Of a DNA stretch of 64,000 nucleotides, positions 8,967 through 18,736 are shown one piece after another. The notes beneath the pieces were generated by a model that saw only the letters and a program-made list of their open reading frames with translations, had not been told where the DNA came from and made no database searches. The stretch lies in the sequence record OR062946.1. One strand, 5' to 3'. This stretch comes from Escherichia phage 310Ecol104PP. Every line of letters starts with the position of its first letter. The stretch's first letter is position 1. Position numbers and translations under genes: made by a program.

Positions 8967-9347
8967 TCACTTAGTCAAATTTTTTACGCATGAATTATAA
9001 GAATTCACTACATACTCCATCGGAGCATTTTTACCAGTACGCCATTGGTAATTATTAGCCCAATTAGCCCAAATTTCGGCGCAGTAGTTTTCAATTTTTT
9101 CTTCGCGTGTAATTACATCCGAATTACGATATGCTTGAGCAGATTCATCTGGACGAATAGCTTCGTCAAAATTCTCCTGCATTTGTTCTACTGTCTGTTT
9201 TGGAGCTTCTTTATAACACTTGACATTAGGATTATAAAATTTGCTTGAACAGTTTACAATTTTTCCTACATCAGACTGATTTACTACCGGTCCTTGAGCT
9301 ACACAACCAGTAAGACCTAATGCAATAACCAAAATAGCGATTTTCAT
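8967..9347 (-). CDS. predicted lipoprotein, 126 aa
   Basis: N-term MKIAILVIALGLTGC with lipobox LTGC; Cys-containing mature part. Confidence 0.6.
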   Translation of the reverse strand: MKIAILVIALGLTGCVAQGPVVNQSDVGKIVNCSSKFYNPNVKCYKEAPKQTVEQMQENFDEAIRPDESAQAYRNSDVITREEKIENYCAEIWANWANNYQWRTGKNAPMEYVVNSYNSCVKNLTK

Positions 9348-9359
9348 AATAATTTCCTC

Positions 9360-9611
9360 TTAAAACTTAACAAATAGCTTTAAAGCATCTTCAGTTTTAA
9401 TTCCTTTTCTTACACCCATAACAGAAATTGGCTGTGACTGAAATTTTCCTTTACCATTATAAATTTCTAATCCAGTCACCATTCCATTTTGTTCTATAAT
9501 ACCGTAAGTGTTACCTTCATTTTCAAATTCTTTAACTTTAAAAAGTTTATTCGCTTTTTCTACGTTAACAACTTTTAAATTTTGAATAAAATTAGTTTGA
9601 ATATTTTTCAT
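9360..9611 (-). CDS. hypothetical protein, 83 aa
   Basis: ORF track; GGAGG SD and early promoter immediately upstream. Confidence 0.55.
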   Translation of the reverse strand: MKNIQTNFIQNLKVVNVEKANKLFKVKEFENEGNTYGIIEQNGMVTGLEIYNGKGKFQSQPISVMGVRKGIKTEDALKLFVKF

Positions 9612-9639
9612 TTTGTGTTCCTCCGTAGTTGATAGTTGT

Positions 9640-9669
9640 ATAGTACCATGGAAGAACAGAGATGTAAAC
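9640..9669 (-). promoter_or_regulatory. T4-type early promoter
   Basis: GTTTAC, 18 nt, TACTAT; conserved GTGG-TACTAT-ACAACTATCAACTAC-GGAGG module. Confidence 0.6.
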
Positions 9670-9750
9670 AGTTTTGTGAAAAAATTTTTAATGAATTCAA
9701 AGGGTCCAGAATCATCTGTTTTTCATAAGTATAGATTTATATTACTTGTA

Positions 9751-9773
9751 TGAAAAGGGGACCCGGAGGTCCC
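9751..9773 (-). terminator. intrinsic terminator after gene 43
   Basis: stem GGGACC/GGTCCC with 4-nt loop, then U-run on minus strand. Confidence 0.6.
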
Positions 9774-9786
9774 TAGATTTATTCTA

Positions 9787-12483
9787 TCAGCCAAACAGGA
9801 AGTCTAACGAAGCTTTTTCTTCATAGTCCATACCAGCCGATTCACACATACCAGCAAGCGGTTTAACAAACGATTTTTGGAACAAAGTTGAGTAGTCAAT
9901 CCAAGATAGTACATCAGAACGAATTTCTTTTGGAAGTTCTGTACCCGACGGCCAAGCAATGCACTTATCACCAAATGGATTTCCTTCACGTAATGGAAGA
10001 ACCATTACTTTATTTCCATCCAAAATTGGAGCTACACCCAGACCACTAACAGCTCGACGATAAGTTAGCACACCACGAATATGGAATGGGCATTTAAATC
10101 CTGGCCAACCTTTATCATCATATTTCGCTATATCGTTCGCAGTTTTTACTTCAGCAATAACTTTATAGTCAAGTTGACGATATTCTTTCTCGAAGTTTTT
10201 GTAATATTCTTGGACAGACTCTTCACCTTCCTGAAGAATACGACGAATACTTTCTTCGAGAGCTTCTTGCACTGCTTTTGGTGTTGAACTCTGCTGAGTT
10301 TCCATACCCATGATTTTTAGATGCGGTTCAGCAAATCGTTTATCTTCCATATCATAAACGTTCAGAGCATAACGCTTTTTCGCTTTCCAAAATCCGCCAA
10401 CGCCCTTTGAACCAAGTGGAGGGCAAGAAATAGCTTCACGGTCCATATGCATCAGATGCTCGCGGTTATTCATATAATCACATAACTCACGATATGCAAC
10501 ATCAATCATAGGTTCCATCTTTTTCTTACCGAACTGATTCATGAATTCAACTAAATCGTTCTGCTCTTTGAATCGGTCAAGACCAACTTTTTCAATAACT
10601 TTATCTACACAAACATATACCGAATCAGTATCACCTGCCGCGATGAAATCTTCACCATTAGTTCCACACACTTTATTCAGATATTCATTAATTTTACGAG
10701 CAATCCACTGAATACCGACTTGGCCAAAAATTGTGATAGCAGTAGCATTTCGCAAATCATAGTAACGGAAATGAATATTACCAAGAGCACCATAAAGACT
10801 GTTAATAAGAATTTTACGGTTCAGCTGATTTGTATTAGCAAGTGTAGCTGCTTTTTCACATTCCTCAATCAGACTATTGAGAACAGATTCAGTATAATTC
10901 GATAGCTCATTTAAGAAATCATCACTGAACTTAACATATCGTTCAACTTCTGGTTTAGTTGAACAAGACCCTGCGCCTTTCATAATAATCTTTTTAATAG
11001 CTTCGGCATTCATTTCTTCAGCGAACATTTTCTTTTTCCAGTCTTTACGCTGGAAAAATACTTTAGCGATTTCCTTTGGAATGATACCTTCTTGATGCTT
11101 ATCATACATCCATCCATTCGGAGAACAAGAATATTCATCACTCGGTTTAGGAGCTGTTCCTGCAATATATTCATGAATTGGATGAACTTTAAACTGCCCA
11201 CGAATAGTCTCAGGACTAATGTTAACCTGACGAATAATGCTCGGATACAGAGACGTCAAGTCAAAACTCATAATATATCGACGAGCAATTGGTTTAGGTT
11301 CAAATACAAATGCACCCGGAAAACTTTGTTTAACGTGCGAACCTTGTTGAGGAATAACCTTGTGTTCACCTTTCAATGAGTTAAAAATGATAGCATCCCA
11401 AGTTTTAATAGGACTCATTACACCAGAAAAAGGCATTTTAGCATAATAAGACATACTTAAAACTAGATCAATAAACCCGCGAATTTTATCAATTGCTTGA
11501 ACTGATTCTACGTCAATGATGTTATAACTAATGTATCGTTGATGATTAGTCTCACGAAGTTTATTAATAGGACCGTCGTATGGTAATTTACCTTTTTTGG
11601 TTTCATGTTGAGCAACTGATTCCAAAGAGAATGACGGCAAATTAGTAAAAGCAAATTTCTTGTACAAATCTAAATAATCAAGAATAGATACGCCATCAAT
11701 AGAATAAATTTCTTTGCTACCGTACATATTTTGAATTAGTTTAGATTTTACCCGACCGATTGGAGAGAAACGTTTCATACTGCGTTCGCCCAGAATCATT
11801 TTAACACGATTCATGATATATGGAACGTCAAATCCCTCAATATTCCAACCAGTAAAAATAGCAGGTCGTTTCTGTTCCCAGAGATTAATATATTCCATGA
11901 GCATATCACGCTCATTATCGAATGGCATATAAATTACTCGGTCAAGAATTTCTTGAGGAACTTCATCACCACCTTCACAGTCAAGCTTAGCAGCTAACTT
12001 TGCATCCCATTTTGATACTGAACCGTACATTGAATTCAAAAGATCGAAAACATAAAAACGATCATCAATTGAATCGTAATGAGTGATAGCATCAATTTCA
12101 TATTCTGCTTTCATTGGGTCAGGAAATTTATCACCGGTAACCTCAATGTCACAGTTAGCTACACGAACAAATTTTCGGTCATAAACAATTTCTGAACCAT
12201 ATGTATCACTGATATAAGCGAGTTTAAAGTCGTTCATACCGAGAGCTTCGAGACCGATGTCTTCCATTCGCTTCATCCAATCTCGAGCATCTTTCATTGA
12301 TGGAAATTTTTGAGGAGCACAATTTTTACCATAGATGTCTTTGTATTTTGACTCTTCCTTACAATGTCTAAACATAGTTGGAAGATATTCTACTTCACGG
12401 GTACGTTCCTTTCCGTTTTCATCAATATAACGTTCAACAATGTTATTTCCGACTGTTTCGATAGAGATATAAAATTCTTTCAT
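9787..12483 (-). CDS. 43: DNA polymerase gp43
   Basis: 898 aa; family B polymerase; matches recalled T4 gp43 N-terminus and length. Confidence 0.97.
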   Translation of the reverse strand: MKEFYISIETVGNNIVERYIDENGKERTREVEYLPTMFRHCKEESKYKDIYGKNCAPQKFPSMKDARDWMKRMEDIGLEALGMNDFKLAYISDTYGSEIVYDRKFVRVANCDIEVTGDKFPDPMKAEYEIDAITHYDSIDDRFYVFDLLNSMYGSVSKWDAKLAAKLDCEGGDEVPQEILDRVIYMPFDNERDMLMEYINLWEQKRPAIFTGWNIEGFDVPYIMNRVKMILGERSMKRFSPIGRVKSKLIQNMYGSKEIYSIDGVSILDYLDLYKKFAFTNLPSFSLESVAQHETKKGKLPYDGPINKLRETNHQRYISYNIIDVESVQAIDKIRGFIDLVLSMSYYAKMPFSGVMSPIKTWDAIIFNSLKGEHKVIPQQGSHVKQSFPGAFVFEPKPIARRYIMSFDLTSLYPSIIRQVNISPETIRGQFKVHPIHEYIAGTAPKPSDEYSCSPNGWMYDKHQEGIIPKEIAKVFFQRKDWKKKMFAEEMNAEAIKKIIMKGAGSCSTKPEVERYVKFSDDFLNELSNYTESVLNSLIEECEKAATLANTNQLNRKILINSLYGALGNIHFRYYDLRNATAITIFGQVGIQWIARKINEYLNKVCGTNGEDFIAAGDTDSVYVCVDKVIEKVGLDRFKEQNDLVEFMNQFGKKKMEPMIDVAYRELCDYMNNREHLMHMDREAISCPPLGSKGVGGFWKAKKRYALNVYDMEDKRFAEPHLKIMGMETQQSSTPKAVQEALEESIRRILQEGEESVQEYYKNFEKEYRQLDYKVIAEVKTANDIAKYDDKGWPGFKCPFHIRGVLTYRRAVSGLGVAPILDGNKVMVLPLREGNPFGDKCIAWPSGTELPKEIRSDVLSWIDYSTLFQKSFVKPLAGMCESAGMDYEEKASLDFLFG

Positions 12484-12530
12484 AGATATTCCTTAGTTTA
12501 TAGCCCGAGTTATTAGGCTCTTGATATATT

Positions 12531-12558
12531 ATACTCCAAATAAGGGGCCGAAGCCCCT
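12531..12558 (-). terminator. intrinsic terminator
   Basis: AGGGGC-CGAA-GCCCCT hairpin (UUCG loop on transcript) plus U-rich tract. Confidence 0.6.
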
Positions 12559-12561
12559 TGC

Positions 12562-12930
12562 TTAATTACCAATCGTATATTTGGGAACGAGTTTCCATTC
12601 ATGTTTTTGTTTAAAAGAAATAACTCGGAAGTTATTAGTTAAATCTTTCATAAAAGTTCTTTGACCAGGAACGATTTCAATCAGTCCCCAATCTTCTAAT
12701 AGCCATGCAATCGAATCACGACGAACTTCATCTTCTTCTGTCATTTCAACTTGGCGACCATCCATACGAAGCATTTCTTTAAAATGAACGATATAGTATA
12801 GTCCTTTTTTCTGAAGAATATGACAGGACTGATACAGAACTTTATCTTTATTATTAGCAATTCCCATACGAGTCAAAGTTTCTTTTACTTTCAGAAAATC
12901 TTCAGGTTTTTTAAGAGTAATTTCAATCAT
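12562..12930 (-). CDS. regA: RegA translational repressor
   Basis: 122 aa MIEITLKKPEDFLKVKETLTRMGIANN; matches recalled T4 RegA. Confidence 0.95.
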   Translation of the reverse strand: MIEITLKKPEDFLKVKETLTRMGIANNKDKVLYQSCHILQKKGLYYIVHFKEMLRMDGRQVEMTEEDEVRRDSIAWLLEDWGLIEIVPGQRTFMKDLTNNFRVISFKQKHEWKLVPKYTIGN

Positions 12931-12931
12931 T

Positions 12932-13495
12932 TTACCATTCCAATGCTAGTTTTTTGAGTTGTTTCTGTTCTTTTACGTTCTTAGTCACTTCTTTCAAAAA
13001 ATCATCCGTGACTAAACCTTTTAGTTCTTTTAATACTAAAGGAAGTTTTCCATTTTTAGTAAGAATTGATTTATAGTTAATTGCATCATTTGTATTAACT
13101 TGATACCGCTTAGCAAGTAACTTAATAATCAATACTTCGGTGGAATCTTCAACCAGTTTTGCCCATTTACCATATCTTTTACCCCGAGGAACAGCAGCCA
13201 TCAGATAATTAAAATGAGCTTCATCGCTTAAACCTGATCCAATTAAATTCATAGCATATACAGCTGGCATGCACTCAGGAAATTGTGATAATGCATTCTC
13301 AACCATGTATTTTGAATAATCTTTTTGAGCAATAGAGCAATTAGTTTTATTATTAATAGCTCCAATTATTTCAAAAAATTCATTTTCAGCTTTTTCTTTA
13401 AAAGAATCAGCAGCAGATTGGACAGCTGTCCAATCTTTTGAATACCAAGCAACTTGATGCTCGTTTAATTGAATATCATCTTCAAATAAGCTCAT
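12932..13495 (-). CDS. 62: clamp loader small subunit gp62
   Basis: probable start ATG 13495 (MSLFEDDIQ), 187 aa; between regA and 44. Confidence 0.9.
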   Translation of the reverse strand: MSLFEDDIQLNEHQVAWYSKDWTAVQSAADSFKEKAENEFFEIIGAINNKTNCSIAQKDYSKYMVENALSQFPECMPAVYAMNLIGSGLSDEAHFNYLMAAVPRGKRYGKWAKLVEDSTEVLIIKLLAKRYQVNTNDAINYKSILTKNGKLPLVLKELKGLVTDDFLKEVTKNVKEQKQLKKLALEW

Positions 13496-13496
13496 A

Positions 13497-14456
13497 TCAC
13501 TTCCACTGCATTTCACATGCTAATTGAATGAAAAGATAAGCTAGATGCAATTCAGTATTAGCTGCAATTCCATGATACTGATTATTTTCACCAACAATTT
13601 CGTACATACGAATAATACTTTGTGGAGTTACGCGTGAATAGATTTCTTCGGCAAGTTTACCCACGAACCACGAATAATCAGCCGCATATTTTGGTGCTAA
13701 AGCTCTGAGTTGTTTAACATCTTTATTTTTGAGAGACTCAAGAACATCATCAATAGCACCACGATCGTTAGTAACCAGTGATAAAATACCAGCATCCAAA
13801 ACACCTTTAGATGAATAACTATCGAGCTCGCCAATAGTTTTACGAAAATCAGGAAAATTCTTTTTAACCAAAGCTGCTACAACTTTCATATCAGCTATAG
13901 CAATTCCTTCATGCTTACAGATTTCAGTCAATCGACGAATCATCTGCTTCATCATTTCAATTTTATCTTCATCGGTCGGTTGACCGAATGTAATAACTCG
14001 ACAGCGTGACTGAAGCGGTTTAATAATACCATCAATATTGTTAGCAGTAATAATAATACTACAGTTTGAACTATAAGCTTCCATAAAGGAACGAAGATGT
14101 CGCTGAGACTCTGCTAACCCTGAGCGGTCAAATTCATCAATAACGATTACTTTTTGACGACCATCAAATGAAGCTGCACTGGCAAAATTAGTCAAAGGAC
14201 CACGAACGAAATCAATTTTACAATCTGACCCATTCACAAACATCATATCAGCATTTACATCATGACACAATGCTTTTGCCACAGTTGTTTTACCTGTTCC
14301 TGGAGAAGGAGAATGAAGAATAATATGTGGAATCTTACCTTTACTTGTAATAGATTTAAAGGTTTCTTTATCAAAGGCGGGAAGAATACATTCATCGATA
14401 GTAGATGGACGATATTTCTGTTCAAGAATGTGTTCTTTTTCATTTACGGTAATCAT
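13497..14456 (-). CDS. 44: clamp loader ATPase gp44
   Basis: probable start ATG 14456 ([17 protein letters not shown]), 319 aa; Walker A GTGKTT. Confidence 0.95.
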
Positions 14457-14480
14457 AATTTCCTCATTCAAGTTTTAGTG

Positions 14481-14504
14481 TAAATTATAAAGGGCCGAAG
14501 CCCT
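14481..14504 (-). terminator. intrinsic terminator between 45 and 44
   Basis: AGGGC-CGAA-GCCCT hairpin plus U-rich tract. Confidence 0.5.
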
Positions 14505-14507
14505 CTA

Positions 14508-15194
14508 TTAAAAATCGTGGGTAGAATCAGCTTCAAGAGCTACTACATAATTCGCATGTTCACCTTCAAATTTAGCAGCACCTTGTTTACCTTTTGCCCA
14601 GAGCAGAAGTTTATAATTTCCTGGTTGCATTTTCATATTTGCCATATTGATAATGAAATTAAATGTATTTTCACCATCATAATCACCAAGAGTCAAAGAA
14701 TATTTAACACGGGTCAGAGCAGAATCTTCTACTTTATTAAAACCGTTAATTACGATTTTACCTTCTTTTACCGTGATAGCAATTGTATCAATCTGCAGAC
14801 CACGAGATACACGCAACAGCTGTTGAAGGTCTTCAGCTTTAATTTCAGTAACAACAGATGCTACCGGGAATGGAATTGGTTTATTAGGAGCAACTACTGT
14901 ACTCGGATCGGCTGCTGGCCAAAAAATTGTTGAACGGGCATCAGCAATTTTAATATTTCCATCTTCTGACTGGGAAATTTCTGCATCATCATTAACTAGA
15001 GACAGAATACCGAGAAAACCGTTCAAATCGTAAATTGCTACATCAAAATCAATAGTGTCAGAAATATTTGCTTCCGCGTAAGTTGTACCATTAACTGCGC
15101 GAGTCATAATAAATTGACCGGATTTAAGCATAATACCAGAGTTAATAGTAGCGAAATTTTTGAGCAGAGCAGTAGTATCTTTAGACAGTTTCAT
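14508..15194 (-). CDS. 45: sliding clamp gp45
   Basis: 228 aa MKLSKDTTALLKNFATINSGI; matches recalled T4 gp45. Confidence 0.95.
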   Translation of the reverse strand: MKLSKDTTALLKNFATINSGIMLKSGQFIMTRAVNGTTYAEANISDTIDFDVAIYDLNGFLGILSLVNDDAEISQSEDGNIKIADARSTIFWPAADPSTVVAPNKPIPFPVASVVTEIKAEDLQQLLRVSRGLQIDTIAITVKEGKIVINGFNKVEDSALTRVKYSLTLGDYDGENTFNFIINMANMKMQPGNYKLLLWAKGKQGAAKFEGEHANYVVALEADSTHDF

Positions 15195-15249
15195 GTAATT
15201 TCCTTCAATTCAAATGAGATTTAATTTTATAACTAATTTAATAAAGCAA

Positions 15250-15639
15250 TTAACGATTAAAATCAGCCGCAATTGTTTCCGCAACAATTTGTGCAGCAAC
15301 AATTAGACGTTCATCTGCATTACCGCAATAATCATCTTCAAGACGTTCACCGCATGAAGTCATAATAAATTTAGCACCGGCATTTAGGGATTCTGTAGTA
15401 TGTTTGCGCATTAGTTCAATCCATTTATTACTTACTTCACGATCGATAGCTTCATAATACGCATGACGAGCAGGTGCAGATTTAATTTTGTTCTGAATAA
15501 CTTCCATTGCGTTATCAGAAAGAGACAAAACCCATGCTCGACGAATTTTATTTTGGTTTTGTGGATTTGATTCAGAACGCACGTGTTTTGGCTGAATATC
15601 TTTTACATCAACAGTATAATTCACAGTAATTTTAGTCAT
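15250..15639 (-). CDS. rpbA: RNA polymerase binding protein RpbA
   Basis: 129 aa; position and size as T4 rpbA. Confidence 0.8.
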
Positions 15640-15648
15640 AATACACCT

Positions 15649-15840
15649 TTAGTCATAATAATCAGTAACAGTCCAAGCTTCATTTCTATTGGACATTATT
15701 TTTGTATATTCTGCTTTAAATGCATTCCTAAGCATAGATTCAGTAACTATATGCTCTTCATTAGAAAAATTATTTCTCAGAATATATCGTTTTATTTCAG
15801 GAATAGTTAATAGATGCTGTCCAGTTGAATATTCTGCCAC
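15649..15840 (-). CDS. small protein (T4 45.2 position)
   Basis: 63 aa ORF, GTG start in track. Confidence 0.5.
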   Translation of the reverse strand: MAEYSTGQHLLTIPEIKRYILRNNFSNEEHIVTESMLRNAFKAEYTKIMSNRNEAWTVTDYYD

Positions 15841-15850
15841 AGTTCCTCCG

Positions 15851-15858
15851 TATAAATA
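15851..15858 (+). promoter_or_regulatory. T4 late promoter upstream of HNH gene
   Basis: TATAAATA on plus strand about 34 nt upstream of HNH ATG. Confidence 0.5.
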
Positions 15859-15891
15859 TGTTTATCACTCGCTGTATCAAAAGGATATGTT

Positions 15892-16608
15892 ATGAATTAT
15901 AAACTAATTTATGAAAAGCTAATCTCTAATGCTAAATCTCGAAAACTTAATTGCTATACTGAATCTCATCACATTATACCACGCTGTTTAAATGGTAGCG
16001 ATGATGCTTCAAACTTAGTAGATTTAACACCAGAAGAGCACTATGTAGCTCATCAACTTTTAGTAAAAATTTATCCTTCTGAACCAAAATTAGTCTATGC
16101 TGCTAACATGATGACAGTTTCCACAAAATACGCTAAACGCAACAATAAAACTTTCGGTTGGATTCGTCGTAAACTCTGGGAAATAGAAAAGAATAAAGAA
16201 TTCTCCCAGGAGACACGAAAGAAAATGTCTGATGCAGTAGCTAATAAAGCAAGACTAACTTGTCCTCATTGCGGTAAGTCTGGATTAAGCGGGAATATGA
16301 ATCGTTGGCATTTTGATAACTGCCCAAATCACCCTAATCCTAAAGTTAGACCACCAATGTCTAAAGAACACAGAAATAATATCTCAAACGGGCTTAAAGC
16401 AATCGTTCTTGAAGAAACATCCTGCGAATTCTGCGGAATGATAGGCAAGAAATGCGTTATCGCAGCGCATAGAAATTTCTGCAAGAAAAATCCAAATGGA
16501 CGCAAGAAAACTGAAAAGACTGGTACTTGCGTCCATTGTGGTAAAGTTACCACTTTCGGAAATTTATCAAGGTGGCATAATGATAACTGTAAATATAAAC
16601 CTAGCTAA
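15892..16608 (+). CDS. freestanding HNH homing endonuclease with three C-terminal zinc-finger-like repeats
   Basis: 238 aa; HNH motif ESHHIIPRCLNGSDDASNLVDLTPEEHYVAHQ; repeats CPHCG..WHFDNC, CEFCG..HRNFC, CVHCG..WHNDNC; opposite strand to neighbours; 8-nt convergent overlap with gene 46. Confidence 0.8.
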   Translation: MNYKLIYEKLISNAKSRKLNCYTESHHIIPRCLNGSDDASNLVDLTPEEHYVAHQLLVKIYPSEPKLVYAANMMTVSTKYAKRNNKTFGWIRRKLWEIEKNKEFSQETRKKMSDAVANKARLTCPHCGKSGLSGNMNRWHFDNCPNHPNPKVRPPMSKEHRNNISNGLKAIVLEETSCEFCGMIGKKCVIAAHRNFCKKNPNGRKKTEKTGTCVHCGKVTTFGNLSRWHNDNCKYKPS

Positions 16609-18289
16609 TCTTAGCTAAACTAAATCTACCAACTTTTTCCATTTGAATATGCTGACCATATTCTTGTGGGTCATGGTCTTTATGTGAAATTATGAAGAAG
16701 TTGGTATCCTTCAAACCATCTAAAATTTTAGCTACATTTTTAATACCTTCAGCATCAAATGCACCGTCATACACTTCATCAAGAAATAAACAACTTATTT
16801 TAACACCTGAAACTTTTTCAGCAATATCACGCCAAGTAAATAAAAGAGCAATATCAATTCGTGCTTTTTCACCTTGACTAAATGAAGCATAACTAAAATC
16901 TTCACGACCACGGGATTTAATTGTTTCATTAAATTCTTCATCTAATGTAAACACATAATCCGCTTCCATTATTTTAAGATAATGGTTAATCTGCTTATTA
17001 AATAATGGAATGTACTTTTTAATAATAGCACCTTTAATACCAGAATCTTTGAGCATGTCAGTCAAAATTCCTCTGTGGTATTTTTCCATTACTAAATTAG
17101 TTTTTGTCTTAACAATTTTATCAAGTTCTTCTTGAAGCAGTGCTATTTCATCAGCATGGTCAATAAACTCAGATGATGCTTTTTCTATAGCCGCTTTAAC
17201 TTTTTTAGCTTTATCTACCGTCGTGATTAGAGATTGCTTTTTATTGCGAATATCATTTGCCAACGACTGTTGGGTTTTAATATTATCTCGGTATTCATCA
17301 ACAAGAACTTTTAAATTATCACGATGTGTTGAAAGCTGTTCAAACGAATGCGTACATTCAGAAACTTTATCTTTAATTTTAGAAACAACTTTATCACCGG
17401 AACTCAATTGTGACAAACAGGTTGGACATAATCCACCTTCGTGATACATATTAATGACTTTATTATACGAGTCAATTTTTGATTTAATTAAAACTGCTTC
17501 TTGACCGATTTTATTAAATGCATCAGTCGGGTCTTCATCTAAAACAATATTAACTAATCTTTCATTAGCTTCTTCTATTTCCGATTTTAGCGTTCTAGCT
17601 TCTTTTGCCAAATCATCATACATATTTTGCAGACGAGTAAGGTTGTCACCAGTTAATTTTTTCTGGCGTTCAACGTTATCATTATATATTTTAATTTGTT
17701 GGATAATACTATCTTTTTTAACATCAAGCACTTGGTTTTGTGAATTTAATTCACGTATTAGTGCTTTATTAAGCTTATCCATTTCAGCTAATGTTCCTAC
17801 CTCAAGCAGGTCTTCCACAAGCTTTCTTCGCGCAGGGGTCGACAAACCCATGAAAGGGGTATACCCTGCTGTACCAAGGACAACAATCTGCTTGAAACTG
17901 GCATATGACATTCCGATAAGCTGTTCAAATTCTGCTTGGAAATCTTTACTGCTGGCAGATTCATTAAGACGTGTACCGTTAACGGTGATTTCGAAAACGT
18001 TTGGTTTTTGTCCTCTTTTGATATAGTACTTTTTCTCATCATATTCCATCCACAGTTCAACTAAAAGTTCTTTCTTATTTGTGCTGTTTATTAATTGACC
18101 TTTCTTTACATCACGAAATGGCTTGCCAAAAAGCCCAAATGTGATGGCTTCTAACATAGTAGACTTACCACCGCCATTTCGTCCAGTAATAAGAGTTTTT
18201 TGAACCTTATCTAATTGAATGTCAATAGGATTTCCACCTACTGACATTATATTTTGATACCTAACTCGGTTTAGTTTAAAATTCTTCAC
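16601..18289 (-). CDS. 46: recombination endonuclease subunit gp46 (Rad50/SbcC-like)
   Basis: 562 aa; Walker A GRNGGGKST; coiled-coil middle. Confidence 0.95.
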   Translation of the reverse strand: MKNFKLNRVRYQNIMSVGGNPIDIQLDKVQKTLITGRNGGGKSTMLEAITFGLFGKPFRDVKKGQLINSTNKKELLVELWMEYDEKKYYIKRGQKPNVFEITVNGTRLNESASSKDFQAEFEQLIGMSYASFKQIVVLGTAGYTPFMGLSTPARRKLVEDLLEVGTLAEMDKLNKALIRELNSQNQVLDVKKDSIIQQIKIYNDNVERQKKLTGDNLTRLQNMYDDLAKEARTLKSEIEEANERLVNIVLDEDPTDAFNKIGQEAVLIKSKIDSYNKVINMYHEGGLCPTCLSQLSSGDKVVSKIKDKVSECTHSFEQLSTHRDNLKVLVDEYRDNIKTQQSLANDIRNKKQSLITTVDKAKKVKAAIEKASSEFIDHADEIALLQEELDKIVKTKTNLVMEKYHRGILTDMLKDSGIKGAIIKKYIPLFNKQINHYLKIMEADYVFTLDEEFNETIKSRGREDFSYASFSQGEKARIDIALLFTWRDIAEKVSGVKISCLFLDEVYDGAFDAEGIKNVAKILDGLKDTNFFIISHKDHDPQEYGQHIQMEKVGRFSLAKIS

Positions 18290-18501
18290 AAAAGATTCCT
18301 TTTAATGTATCTTTTAGACCATTCTATCATATCATCATAATCTAAAAAGTATTCATCAAATTCAGCCATGCAAACAACACCTTGTGCTACTTTTGATGTG
18401 ATATAAATTATTCCAACATATCTAGAATCTTCTTCGGTATAATCAATGTTTGCTATGAATTCATCGTTAATGTCAAATGTCGAAAACTTCACAGTATGCA
18501 T
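18286..18501 (-). CDS. small protein (T4 46.1 position)
   Basis: track ORF 18286..18549; likely start ATG 18501 (MHTVKF). Confidence 0.45.
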   Translation of the reverse strand: MHTVKFSTFDINDEFIANIDYTEEDSRYVGIIYITSKVAQGVVCMAEFDEYFLDYDDMIEWSKRYIKRNLL

Positions 18502-18736
18502 CCTTAATACAAGATACAGCCATATCTTGTAATGATTTAGGTGTGTCATTATCTAAAATGTTGAAGTTAAAAGATATAGCCCAGTCAGTGCAGACCGTAA
18601 CCTTTTTAATACAATTATCTTCAACTTCTAGCGGTTCAAACCAATATTCAATAATTTCTTTATGCCCAATATCATCTTTTACTTCGCATTCAAAATGCTG
18701 ACTCATCATATCATTTTTAAATTCATCAAAAGTCAT
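18473..18736 (-). CDS. small protein (T4 46.2 position)
   Basis: 87 aa ORF. Confidence 0.5.
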   Translation of the reverse strand: MTFDEFKNDMMSQHFECEVKDDIGHKEIIEYWFEPLEVEDNCIKKVTVCTDWAISFNFNILDNDTPKSLQDMAVSCIKDAYCEVFDI

